The notes below the pieces were generated by a model. The model was not told the DNA's origin, made no database searches, and worked only from the letters and a program-made list of their open reading frames with translations. DNA of 64,000 bases. It comes from Octopus vulgaris (lineage: Eukaryota). Made by a program: the position numbers and the translations under genes. Positions 12,319 to 25,652 of the stretch are shown piece by piece; position 1 is the stretch's first letter, and each line of letters begins with the position of its first letter. The stretch is from positions 84,630,001-84,694,000 of the forward strand of contig OX597827.1 in NCBI GenBank assembly GCA_951406725.2, given 5' to 3'.

Positions 12319-12725
12319 ATCGCACCTGTGGTGTCCTTAAAAGTAAAGTATATTCGTTGAATCTTCACTCTTCCCAAACAGTAAAACTGTAAAGTTTAAT
12401 ATTGTACTTTTAGCGGAAAATGTTAACTCCAAAATCCAGTGTATTAATTCAATTTTGCGGAGATATCTCAGCTCGGTACATGGACTTGCAACAGACAATG
12501 GTATACACGAGTTCATGCAATTATTAGAAACATAAACTGTCTAAATCAGTTTTGGAAATTTATATTTATGTTTTTATTACTAATTCGCCATGATAACTTC
12601 CTCCGCCTAGCTACATCCTCCATGCACCATATTTATTTACTTGTAGCCTCACCTGTTTACACTCTTACATCAACGAACTTCCACTATTCCAATAAAGTTT
12701 CTTTCTCTTACTGTTCCACATTATA

Positions 12726-12766
<41 letters not shown>

Positions 12767-13204
12767 GCCATGTGATATCCCCTATTTCTTATCGCCCTTT
12801 ACTTTTTTATCCTCCGATTATTTTTAAGCACTGCTTATTTTTAATCACTGTCAATTTTATTTCAGAATTAGCTGCTGTAAGTTTATCTCGCTCTTCTCAT
12901 AAATAATGGAATCCACTGTTTATTTTTTAAACTATCAACTTATTTTCTCTCTTGCCAATCTTCAACACCACCACCCCACCAGATACCGTATAATTGTTTT
13001 TCATAAAAAAAAAATAGCTCTTCCTGTTTCTTCAACATTATTACTTTTTCCTTTCCTCTTCTCCGTTGGTTTTTTTTTCATCATCGCTCGTGATACAGCG
13101 AGAGAGAAGAAACATTTCAAACTAATTAATTCTTCAACAAACTCCAGCAGGGAACGAAACACATTTTACATTTGTGGCATTCAATTACAAAATAATTGTG
13201 TATA

Positions 13205-13426
13205 TTCTTTTCTACTCTAGGCACAAGGCTCGAAATTCTGGAGGATGAGGGGGTGGGGAGCTGTCGATTAGATCGACCCCTGTACGCAACTGGTACTTAA
13301 TTTTTCGACCCCGAAAGGAGGAAAGGCAAAGTCGACCTCGGCGGAATTTGGACTCAGAACGCAGACAGACGAAATACCGCTAATCATTTCGTCCGGCGTG
13401 GTTAACGTTTCTGCCAGCTCGCCGCC
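13205..13426 (-). mobile_element. SINE family B variant
   Basis: Reverse complement of B head/body with tail cttgtgcctagagtagaaaag. Confidence 0.88.
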
Positions 13427-14811
13427 TTGTGTGTATGTATATATTATATGTGTGATGTGTGTATAAGTATATAATGTGTATGTGTGTATATGAAGCTACA
13501 TCCCTCTTTTGCAGGGGTTTCGACCCATAACTCCTTACACTCTAAGGAGAGAGGCTCAGGTCATATCCAGCTCATGACTGCAGGTCATACACCACCCCTG
13601 CATCTTTCTGAGTGGTCAAGGGTTCCCGGAGCAAAAGAACCTTGGATGTCGGAACCACTTCAAAGACACCAGTTGAACGTAGGGTAAATTGTGTCCCTTG
13701 AAGTTGACTTTCATTCCTCCAATAAGAGTTACCAGGCGGTAACCCAATACTCACCTTATATGTGAGTAAATAGATTTAATTTGCTTAAAACTTTGTCACA
13801 TTATTACATATGTTTACTCGCACTAAACTATTTCATTGTATGAGCATAATTATGTAATTGTATGAAATTGTTGACGAAGTCTTTCTTTTATAACTCATTT
13901 TCTCCCTTACATTGATCAATATTGCGACCCTCTTTTTTGCTCCTTATTCTCTTTTCACCCCCGACTTCATTCTCTTGCTGCCACTTCACTGATTTCATAC
14001 TTTGCTACGCGAAGAAATCAAAACGAAATCCTTTCTCCGACGTTTCGCACTTGACTTAGGGGGTTTTCCGCAACCAATTGAAACAAACTTTATATTTGAC
14101 CCATGAAAACAGTTTTTGTCGACCTTCCTACCACTAGTTTCATTGGATTCGATTTGTTTTTTGGCCTATACTCACACATAGATATCAACATATCTACAAT
14201 TACATATCTTCATACGTATACACACACACACACACACACACACACCAAACGTGCGTGTGTTACGTATGGATTTAACGATAGCGATCATTTTCCGTGATTT
14301 ACTCGCATTGGTAGTGATAAGGTTGTTATAACGTTTGATAATATTTAAAATTACACCCCGCCAACTCTCCACCCGACTCAACATCTATAATTCCATCACA
14401 ACAACCCTCAACCATCTTCCACCTCGCATCATCATTGCTCGCTCTTTAAACTTCAAAAGATCTTGCTGTGAATATTTTATCAAAATCCATCACGAGTCCC
14501 CCATCTCCATACTCATCGACACCTTCGCTCCTCCATTCCCCCATCACTCACACACACACATGAACACACACACACGAACACATATATATTATGCCACTCT
14601 TCGTACGCCCTTCTCACCACCACCACCACCACCACTCAGACGCACCTTAATCAAATAACGGATGAAATAATATATAAACATATTTATCCATCATTAAACA
14701 TGAATATAAATCATATGAACTTTCTAAACCACAAACACATCTACTCACCCAACAGCATACATACATACATACATACATACATACATGTACAACCGCATGT
14801 ATATACATACA

Positions 14812-14847
<36 letters not shown>

Positions 14848-15654
14848 TACAAACACATAGACATCTTCAAATACACTTATTTGTCATCCGATGTATGAGC
14901 AGACCTATACACTCATAAGTGAGTGCCTATACATGTATGTATATGAATGCATGTAAACAAATGTACACACACGCACTCACACACATGTCTATATATAGGT
15001 TATGTATATGCGCATATTAGTGCATACATATGTATAGGTATATGCTTGTGTATGCGTGCATATATATATATATATATATGCGTAATGTTTGTGTATATAA
15101 ATATACACATGTATGCGTGTATAGATACATATATATGCGTGATGTGTTTGTGCATGTAAGTATACACGTGTGTGTGTCCCTCTCTCTATATATTTACACG
15201 CATGTATATACTCGTATCCACCTATGCATTATATATATATATATGAAGTAGTTTCTGTGAAGTATTGTGAGGTATACTTTAAAGAATGTAGTTGTGCGAA
15301 GTAAACGATGAAATGAAATGAAATGAAAAGAGAACAAAGTTGCAGTTTTACCTTGTATTTCTATATTTCGTGGTGAAGAGCCCTTCTTCATGACATTCGG
15401 AAAATCGGCGGTTGGAAAAACTTTGTTGCTCAGATGTGTGTGTGGAGGTGGAGAAGTGACAGGAGAGGAAGAAGGAAGGTGATATGCGTGGACTGCTGTT
15501 TATAGGCCCTCCTTATAAACACATTTAAAACAGCTCTTAACAACAGGAAGGAACTACATGAAGCAGAGTGCTTGCTATAGCAAGTACAGTCCGCACATGT
15601 CACCTTCCTTCTTTCTCCCCTGTCCTTCCGCCACACACACACATAAATACACAC

Positions 15655-16030
15655 ATATTCTCTTTTACTTGTTCCAGTCATTTGACTGTAGCCATGTCAG
15701 AACACCACCTTTAGTCGAGCAAATCGACCCAAGGACTTTTTGTAAGCCTAGTACCAATTATATCGATCTTTTGCCGAACCGCTAGGTTACGGGGATGTAA
15801 ACACACCAGCATCGGTTGTCAAGCGATGTTGGAGGACAGACACACAAACACACACGCACACATATATATATACATATATATAGCGGTCTTCTTTCAATTT
15901 CCGTCTACCAAATCCACTCTCACGGCTTTGGTTGGCCCGAAGCTATAGTAGAAGACACTTGCTCAAAGTGCTACGCAGTGGGACTGAACCCAGAACCATG
16001 TGGTTCGTAAGCAAGCTACTTACCACACAT
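15655..16030 (-). mobile_element. SINE family A
   Basis: Reverse complement of the A head, body and tail. Confidence 0.88.
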
Positions 16031-16185
16031 AACGCATATATATATATAATATATATACACACACATATATATATACATATATAAACATATATAAATACAT
16101 ATACACATGTATACATATATGCACATGCATTTATATACATATATATACACACACACATATATATACATATATATACACATATATA

Positions 16186-17638
16186 CAGAAAACAGATTCC
16201 ATCACACTCCAGGGAGAGAAACTAGAAGTAGTTGATAGTTTCCGCTACCTGGGTGACCAAGTTAGTAGTGGAGGTGGATGCACAGAGAGTATCTATTTCT
16301 TTACTACCCACAAGGGGCTAAACACAGAGGGGACAAACAAGGACAGACAAACGGATTAAGTCGATTATATCGACCCCAGTGCGTAAATGGTACTTATTTA
16401 ATCGACCCCGAAAGGATGAAAGGCAAAGTCGACCTCGGCGGAATTTGAACTCGGAACGTAACGACAGACGAAATACGGCTACGCATTTCGCCCGGCGTGC
16501 TAACGGTTCTGCCAGCTCGCCGGTTCTGCACAGAGAGTATCACCACTAGAATACGAATAGCCTGGGCAAAGTTCAGAAAGCTCCTACCCCTACTGGCGAC
16601 AAAGGGTCTCTCTCAGAGCGAAAGGTAGATTGTATGATGCATGTGTGCGAACTGCCATGCTTCACGGTAGTGAAACATGGGCCGTGACTGCAGAGGACAT
16701 GTGTAGACTTGAAAGAAATGAAGCTAGCATGATCCGCTGGATGTGTATTGTCAGTGTGCACGCACGACAGAGTGTAAGCACCCTGAGAGAAATGCTAGAC
16801 ATAAGAAGCATCAAATGCGGTGTGCAAGAGTGACGCTTGCGATGGTATGGTCATGTACTGCGGATGGATGAGGAGAGATGTGTGAAGAAGTGCCGCTCCC
16901 AAACAGTTGAAGGAATCAGGGAGAGAGGTAGACCCAGGAAGACATGGGATGAGGTAGTCAAGCATGACCTCAGAGCGTTGGGCCTCACTGAGGCAATGGC
17001 GAAGGACCGAGATCTCTGGAGATATGCTGTGACTGTAAAGACCGGGCTGCTTCCTGCATCAGTTCCGCATAGCCCCTGCCCATTCAAAGTACCCCGGATC
17101 CCAGAACGTCCCGCTGTGCTTGAGGAGACCTGTTGAGTCAAGCACATGAACATGAACGTCGAAATAAATATCAATGGACATAGTAGTTGTGATGCCTGTG
17201 CCGGTGGGACATAAAAAGCACTATCCGAACGTGGCCGATACCAGCGCCGCCCCGACTGGCTTCTGTGCCGGTGGCACATAAAAAGCACCATCCGAACGTG
17301 GCCGATGCCAGCACCGCCCCGACTGGCTCCTGTGCCGGTGGCACATAAAAAGACCATCCGAACGTTGCCAGCGCCGCCTTGGCTGGCTTCCGTGCCGCTG
17401 GCACGTTAAAAGCTCCAACCGATCGTGACCGATGCCGGACCCCCCTGGCACCTGTGCAGGTGGCACGTAAAAAGCACCCACTACACCCGCGGAGTGGTTG
17501 GCGTTAGGAAGGGCATCCAGCCGTAGAAACTCTGCCAGATCAGACTGGAGCCTGGAGCAGCCCCTGGCTTCCCAGACCCCGGTCGAACCGTCCAACCCGT
17601 GCTAGCGTGGAAAACGGACGTTAAACGATGATGATGAT
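16186..17638 (+). mobile_element. 5'-truncated RTE-clade LINE (RT C-terminus, 3' UTR with tandem repeats, (GAT)n tail)
   Basis: LEVVDSFRYLG...RIRIAWAKFR...MLHGSETW...RLRWYGHVLR...RGRPRKTW...DRDLWR are typical RTE motifs; one in-frame stop; ends ttaaacgatgatgatgat. Confidence 0.92.
16294..16521 (-). mobile_element. SINE family B inserted into the RTE ORF, 15-bp TSD
   Basis: TSD tgcacagagagtatc at 16279-16293 and 16527-16541. Confidence 0.93.
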
Positions 17639-17772
17639 ATATATACATATATATATATACACATGTATATACATATAGACATATATATATACACATATAT
17701 ATACACATATATATATACATATATATACACATATATACATATATATATACATATATACACATATATATACAC

Positions 17773-17819
<47 letters not shown>

Positions 17820-17828
17820 TATACATAC

Positions 17829-17880
<52 letters not shown>

Positions 17881-17884
<4 letters not shown>

Positions 17885-19040
17885 GAAATATGTTACGAAA
17901 AGAAAATATAAAATACACGTGGAAATGTAAGGGTAAAATATAAAAAATCAACGAAAATGCATATTGCAGATAGAAAAAGGCTATTTATGACAAGTAGTGA
18001 GAAATATATACATTTAGATTGACTGAGGTAGTAATACGAGTCAATAAAGGTCATTATTATGAGATGATTATAAGATGATAATAATAATAAAGTAAGAGAA
18101 TAAAACGAACCAGTCGGTTTACGCGAAGGCTATTCATCGTTTGAACAACACCGGTTAATATACGGTGTCAGGTCTAATAGTTCCTGTAAAAAAAAGATTA
18201 TTTGTAAGGGAGGTAAGTAGTTCTGAATTATTTGTAAGGGAGGTAAATATTTCTGGAATTAGAGATGTGAGTGATGTAGGTAGTGTATAGGGTTTAGTGG
18301 TTTAAATTGAAGAGTTAGTGATGTTTTGTATTGAGTTGTATGTTCATATTTAGTTGGGGGAGAAATTTATTGATGAAAAATGCCTCTTTATTCAACCTTT
18401 GTTGCATTGTGGTGTTCTGTGAGCATTGGTAAAAGGGAAATATTTGGAAATTGGGATTAAGATTCCTGGCACATCTTTCTATGTGTTCACTCACCTTTCA
18501 CTGTCTGTATTGTGGGTGACGGCTTTGCTCTTTGTGAATGGTGATTCTTTGACGGAGCGAAATTCCTGTTTGTCCAATATAGAATTTACCACATCCTATG
18601 CGTGTCATGACATAGATTACATTTGCTGAGGCGCAGGTGAAATTTGATTTGATCTTAAATATTTCTCCTTGTGTGAATTGGGATTCTGAACCCTCCAGAA
18701 GGTGGGGGCATGTTCCTCAGTTAGAACGTCCACGTTTTGTCACTTTTGGCTCAGTAGTTAGTGGGTAAAATCTAGCGCTGGTTAATATTCTTTTCAGTGA
18801 CTTCGGTTGCTTTTTGCTTTTTATAATTTTATATGAGCTTAAAATTTCGTTCATTGTTGCTGTCTGCTGTGAGGATGGGAAGGTTTTGGGTGAGGATGTT
18901 GAAGGCTTCGTTGTTTCTGGGGTTATGTGTGGAGATGTACGGGAGTATTTTTAAATCTTGTTTAGTATTTCGGCTAGTTTTCCTTAATCTTTGTATATCT
19001 ATTCCCTTAGCTCTTTTGATGCCTTCGTTTACTAATGAGA
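17881..19040 (-). mobile_element. 5'-truncated Penelope-like element (Neptune-like): linker, GIY-YIG endonuclease and 3' pLTR, in (TA)n
   Basis: Minus translation: LPYISTHNPRN...KQPKSLKRILTSARF...FTCASANVIYVMTRIGCGKFYIGQTGISLRQRITIH...VSEHIERC...FQIFPFY...RLNKEAFFINKFLPQLN, with stops; (TA)n on both sides. Confidence 0.88.
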
Positions 19041-19061
19041 TTGGGTAATCATTTAATCATC

Positions 19062-19093
<32 letters not shown>

Positions 19094-20078
19094 TGTATAT
19101 ATATATATATATATATACGTATGTATGTATGTATATATATATGTATGTATGTATATATATATGTATGTATATATATATGTATGTATGTATATATATATGT
19201 ATGTATATATATATGTATGTATGTATATATATATGTATGTATATATATATGTATGTATGTATATATATACATATGTATGTATGTATCTACATAATGTATA
19301 TGTGTATATATATTTCAAATAATGATCGAAGGTAAATACATACATACATATATATTGTTGAAATTTACAGAAAAGAAAAATACAAGAGTGCTGTAACGCA
19401 GTATATTGTTCTTCTAATCTTCTTTAATGCCTAAAATTGACCTGTTGTGGCTGTTGGAATTGTTCTAAATTCTTGTAGTAGTTTCATCTGTGGTGGGAGC
19501 ATTCAAAATAGGTTTACATTTTGCGATAAGTGTGTGCGTGTGGCTTAGTGAGAGAAGGCTGGACACCGGCCATGACCCTTTGCCTCTTTTTTAGGGTTCT
19601 ATGATTGATGGGAGTTCTGGAAGAATGTATCCTCGGCTCAGAGACTTGGTTTGTAAAGATGACTCTTCTAATAGTAGTAAAGTGTCAGCTGATGCTTATG
19701 TTATACCAAACGATGGATTAACTCTACCACGGAATACATCATCCAGTAAGCAAAAGAATATCAGTGAAACAAGAGAAGCGATGAAAATATCCCCCCATCC
19801 CCCACTCACACACCATGTTTGAATTTGATCAGTGAAGACTGATCAAAATGAAGCTCTTTTCATTGGCTCAGTTAACTCTGAGAGAGAATGACTTCAGTTT
19901 CCAATGTAAAGTGACAAAATCCTCCATTCTTCACTGCATCTCCTCTACTGTCCCACCTCAATGCTTCTATAAACCTTATATCATTGTTGAAAGCTTTAGG
20001 AAAATAACTCTTCTTTAATGATGCCACGGCAACACCCCTGACTGATAACTAACAACACTGAACAATAATTATTATTAG

Positions 20079-20113
<35 letters not shown>

Positions 20114-20400
20114 ACACTATGTAAATGCAATTTTTCCGAATATTTGCTAGTTTTTTTTGGCACAGAAAAGGTCAATAGTACTGGGGAATGGTGTATGTGG
20201 ATTTCCTTAATCAGGTGCGAAGAGAAATGTTGAAGGAGGCCTTCTCCAGTGAATACCTCCCCACTTCTGTTAGCCCTTGTTTCTCTTATCACAAAGCTTA
20301 CGTTTCTTATCGCAAAACACAGAGAAACTTGTTCGACAAAAGTTTACAACCCCAAACCGTACGAGTAAAACTGACATAAACTGAAAGCCTATCCCACCCG

Positions 20401-20520
20401 CTCTTTCCTTCGCTCTCTCTTTCTATCTCTCTTTCCTTCGCTCTCTCTCTCTCTTTCCTTCGCTCTCTCTCTCTTTCCTTCGCTCTCTCTCTCTCTTTCC
20501 TTCGCTCTCTCTCTCTTTCC
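20401..20520. repeat. Pyrimidine-rich repeat of (CT)n interrupted by ttccttcg
   Basis: Directly visible. Confidence 0.85.
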
Positions 20521-20594
20521 CATATCTTCTATTCCATTTATATATATAAAACAAACTCGATAGAGAAGCGCGAATAGAAGAGAAGATATGGGAA

Positions 20595-20631
<37 letters not shown>

Positions 20632-20644
20632 GTGTGTCTGTGTA

Positions 20645-21079
20645 GTCTTTTATATGATTCAGTAATTTTACCGTAGCCATGCTGGAGCACCGCCTTTCGT
20701 CGGATAAATCGACTCCAGGACTTATACTTTGTAAGTCTAGTAATCATTCTAACGGTCACATTTGCCGAAACGCTAAGTTACGGGGGGACATAAAAACACC
20801 AGCATCGATTGTCAAGCGATGGTGGTGGCGGGGGGAAAACAAACATAGACACACCAACATATATACACACATATATGTTATATATTATATGTGGATTTAC
20901 AAGATGGAAACTGAAAGAATATATATATACGACGGGCTTCTTTCAGTTTCCATCTACTAGATCCACTCACAAGGCTTTGGTCGGTACGAGGCTATAGTAG
21001 AAAACACTTGCCCAAGGGACTGAACCCGGAACCGTGTGGTTGGAAGCAAGCTTCTTACCACACAACCACGCCTGCGCCT
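20645..21079 (-). mobile_element. SINE family A
   Basis: Reverse complement ggcgcaggcgtggttgtgtggtaagaagc...ggcggtgctccagcatggctac. Confidence 0.88.
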
Positions 21080-21087
21080 AATCGCGC

Positions 21088-21128
<41 letters not shown>

Positions 21129-21155
21129 CTTGACTATCGAGTAATGTAACATATA

Positions 21156-21202
<47 letters not shown>

Positions 21203-22649
21203 TTATATATAAAGTGAGATAGGGGTTATGAGTGTAACCCACTATGGGATATCAGTTACCCAATATACTAGTGGTGAAGCACCCAAAAGGCAAATGGTTT
21301 TGATCAAACATTTATTTAATTACGAGGATATACTTGTATAACCTATGATTAATAATAAATACCTATTATATATAGGGGTATGTGGATATGATAATGGATA
21401 ACCTTAGATAAATAATAAATAACTATCTTATATCATTAAATGGTTATATAAGTGAATAGATAGGTATTAATGCAGAATTGAAATATGAATAGTTGCATAA
21501 ACGAGTAACAGTAAAATTGTATATTGATCTCTAAAATATTCACAATAATAAACATAAACTAGAAGATAATAATATATGGTCAGATACAGAATATTCTGTT
21601 TTTATTACGGTATTTTATACGACTTAACTTTTGCTACGAATTTAATTGGAAAAGTGTAATAGCTAATGTATAATTGAATGTAAGGATTCGCATTATAGTA
21701 ACGTTATATTTACACGGTGAATTTGATTTTTGCATCTTTCGAAAATCTCTTCCTATTTCTTTCCTATAAACCTTGTCAAATGTGTAATGCATACTTTATA
21801 TTTCTATCGAAAGTTTTGTCTAAATATTTTCCAACCTTTGCCAAATATATAATCCTAACGTATAATACCCATTTAACCAACCAATCCATTTAGGCCACTT
21901 TCTATATATTAGAAATTAGCATAGTTTTCACTTTAAATGGTTTATAATAATATTATTATTTTAGTTATTAGTATGTATGTATATATATATATATGTATAT
22001 GTGTATGTGGGTGTATGTATATGTGTATATGTGTATGTGGGTGTTTATATGTATATGTGTATATATGTATGTATATGTGTATATAGATATGTACGTATAT
22101 ATATATGTATACATAAAGAAGTTATTATGCACGTACGCTGCGAAATATATAATAAACCTTTACATAAATAAATAACGTGAAATACACGAAGGGACGAACA
22201 AAAAGACAAACGGGTCATTCAAAGCCTTCATTCTTCAGTCAGAAACTGAACCCTCATTGCAGATTTCGGCCGTTCAATTCTGAGATCCGCTCTGAATCAG
22301 CCAGCCACAGAAGGAAAGAATGCAACGCAACAGAGACGAACATGAAACGAAAAATCTTTTTTGGAGACAGTAACGGTTAAAAACATGGATGACACAGGCG
22401 CCCTACGGCTTTGAGACAAAAAGAGAGACACAAAAACAATATCAGCAAGCGTGGAAAAATAATTACCTTTTCGGTGATAAGACACATGTTGAACAAGCGG
22501 CCGATGGAAACAGAATGGCTGAGGCAGCAAGTCGCAAGAGGGTGAGAGAGAGAGGCGTTTCGAAGGTGAAGGCGAGACACGACTTCATTGAAACAACCCT
22601 TCCCGCAAAAGCAAATTAAATAAAATTTGAGATTAAATAAAATTAGAGC

Positions 22650-23888
22650 TGACCATGTACGAACCAAAGGAAACCATGGACATGCAGCTTACAAGAAACT
22701 CTCAAAATCTTTCCAGTTTGAACTTCCATAAGGCAAACTGGAAACAAATTGAAAAAGAGATCCTCAAACAAAACTGGCCTAAATGTCTCTCCTCACTGGA
22801 CATCAACATAAAACTTTAACAATTCATGTCTGCAATGCAAGCCATATGCTACAAATGTGTCCCGGAGGACAAAATCCCCAGGGATACAAAAATTCTTATG
22901 AGACGGAGTACAAAAATTTCAAGTCGCCTAAACAAACAAATTGAAATCAATGAAAAATTCTGCTTGAAAATACAACTGCCGGAGATTGAAAAACTGCAAC
23001 TCTCCCACGAAAAAGAAAGAATAGACAAAAACATCTGAGCTATAGACAATATAAAATCAAACCCCAGAGCCTTCTACAAGTTTGCCAAAGAAACAGCTTC
23101 AGTGCACTGCAGGATAGGGCCACTCCTCGAAAAAGATGGTTCACTCACAGGAAACCCAATGAGGATAAGTGAAATACTAAATGAGCAATTCAAAAGTGTT
23201 TTCTCTCCACCCCTAGAACACTTGCAAGTCAGGAATCCAGTTGACTTTTTTTACCGCTGTGAATGTAAAAATAGACAGTGATGATCGATTACATCAATAT
23301 AAAGGAAGACGATGTAATAAAGGCTATAGATGAAATGAACCCAAACTCAGCTACTGGCCCTGATGGATTCCCAGCAATCCTTCTAAAAGTATGTAAGAGA
23401 GTCCTAGCAAGACCACTGTAGTCCCTCTTTCAGAGCTTCCTTGCAACTGGCAAACTTCCAAGAAAACTGAAGGAAGGTAAAATATGCCCTATTCATAAAG
23501 GAAGTAGCAGAGCGGAGGCCAAGAACTACAGACCTATCTCTCTGACGTCACACATCAACAAGGTCATGGAAGAAAATGACTTGCTGCCTGACACCCAACA
23601 CCCAACCTAACTCAGCTCTTGCAATACTATGACTGGGTGCTGAAACAGCTGCTCAACTACTCAAATGTGGAAGTGATATATCTCGACTTTGCAAAGTCGA
23701 TCATGGAATGATATGTCACAAACTGCGTGATCTCAGCATAGTTGGAAAATTGGGAGAATGGCTTCAGAACTTTCTGAAGGATAGAAGTCAGGTGGTAGTA
23801 GCCACTTCTAATGACACGCAAATAGTGAGCGGTGTCCCGCAAGGCACTGTTTTGGGACCTCTACTGTTCATAATGGCCCTCTCAGATG
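22650..23888 (+). mobile_element. Degraded internal ORF2 fragment related to the LINE at 43703-49366
   Basis: Colinear with ~46980-48325 (AICYKCVP, NYRPISLTSH, VIYLDFAK, SGVPQGTVLGPLLF) with deletions and stops. Confidence 0.9.
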
Positions 23889-25379
23889 TTTACATAAATA
23901 CGTCTATAGACGAATGAAATGATACCAACTTCATGTGAATATATAACAGCATAAAGTAGTTTCTATTCCTCTGTTTAAATCCACGTACACATGTGTGCAC
24001 ATGTATGTATGTGCGTGCGCTGTGTAAACATATATGTATGTGTGTGTGTATATATATATAAATGAAAATGCATTAACCAAACAACGATAGCTAAAAAACG
24101 TACACGTATATATGTATACAATCATCTTGTATTCATTATTTTTCTATATAAATACACACGCGCGCGCGCACATCCAGCCATCCATGAAGCCAATCCATCA
24201 AATTCATTCGTATAATACTTTCATCTTGGCAGTTTAGTCCCCCCTGTTCCCAAACTGATTCAACAAGTTATACTATTTATGTGTGTGTGTGTATGTGTGT
24301 GTACATTCATGTATATGCATATATATATATGTGTGTATATACTATCGTGTACGTGTACATGCATAATTGTATATATGTGTGTTTCTGTGTAGGTGTGTAT
24401 GCAATGCGTGTATTTACGCACATACACACGTGTTAGCGTGCGCCTGTGTGTGTGTGTGTGTGTCCCCGTCCTGGAAAGGATCCTATACGATATAAAGATT
24501 CTACAGTAATCTACCTGATGGAGCAGACGCTGTCACAGAAAGAAAAGTTCGTTGTGGTGGCCAATGCTGGAAGTAGCAAAGAAGAGGAGATGGAAATAGC
24601 TGTAATCGCATTGGTCAGTCAACAGGTGACGCTGGGTGTCACTGAGCAGAACTGTCACATGATATGGAAGATGGAGGCAGATGGAGGATTTGGATGATGC
24701 GAATCCGATTAAACCTGCCTCGTCAACGACGATGATTATGTGTGTGTGTGTGTGTGTGTGTGTGCATAAAGAAAGAGAAGGGGTAGAATGACAGTGCAGT
24801 GTTGTATTGTGGTTGTATTCTTCACTAGACTACCCGTGACCCGTTGGGTCCCAGGGAAAGTCTGAGTTTCCCAGCAACGGAGTTTTGTTTCGTCTTTTAT
24901 TCTTTCTTTTCCACCTTATTTCGCATGCTTTCAACGAATGTAACATCGAAATCACGCGTAAGCGGCTCCTTTCCTCAGAAAAGGAAGATTTGACTGCTGT
25001 TTCTTGCTCGACCTCCTACCATGTAACAGGTATTTCGGGTCCTTTTTCACAAATAGCTTTAACGTAGTGGCAGGGCGTGCTAGAAATAGCAACCAAATCT
25101 TTGCCGGTAAGATACGTTGAATGCGCTCGAAAAAAGCCTATGGAAAAAATTATTTCACACCGAGTTAACTGGTCTTTTACGAAATATTTAGCGTATTTTT
25201 AAAGTCATTTTCACTTTATATTTTTTAAATGTACCAGAAATATGTTTTGTAATAGTTTTCACTTCAAAATAATTTTTAAAAAAACATTAAAATATTGTCT
25301 GCTTAAAGAAAGCTGAAATATAAATACTTATTGTACAAACAACTTACATTTACTGTATAAAAGCAAATTGTATTTTTCC

Positions 25380-25652
25380 GTTTTCAAGTCACTGTCTAAT
25401 CGAAAGGTAAGAGTTACTTCCCTTTCAGGATTTAGTTAATTTCGAAGACTTTTCCCATTATACACCGTTTTGTGTACCCCGAAACCCCCTAATATCTCCA
25501 CAACCACTTATCCGATTTACGCGAAATTTGTTTCATTCCGTTCGTATTTACATTCCAGGGAAAACTTAATTCACAGTATTTTCCCATTATGCGTCAGTTT
25601 GGCTGAGTAACATTGCAAGCAAGATTCGGTCTAACTTTTAATGTATTATAGA
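25380..25652 (-). mobile_element. Possible Helitron 5' fragment
   Basis: Minus strand starts TCTATAATACATTAAAA and shares agagttacttccctt with the Helitron at 36991; no 3' end found. Confidence 0.35.
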
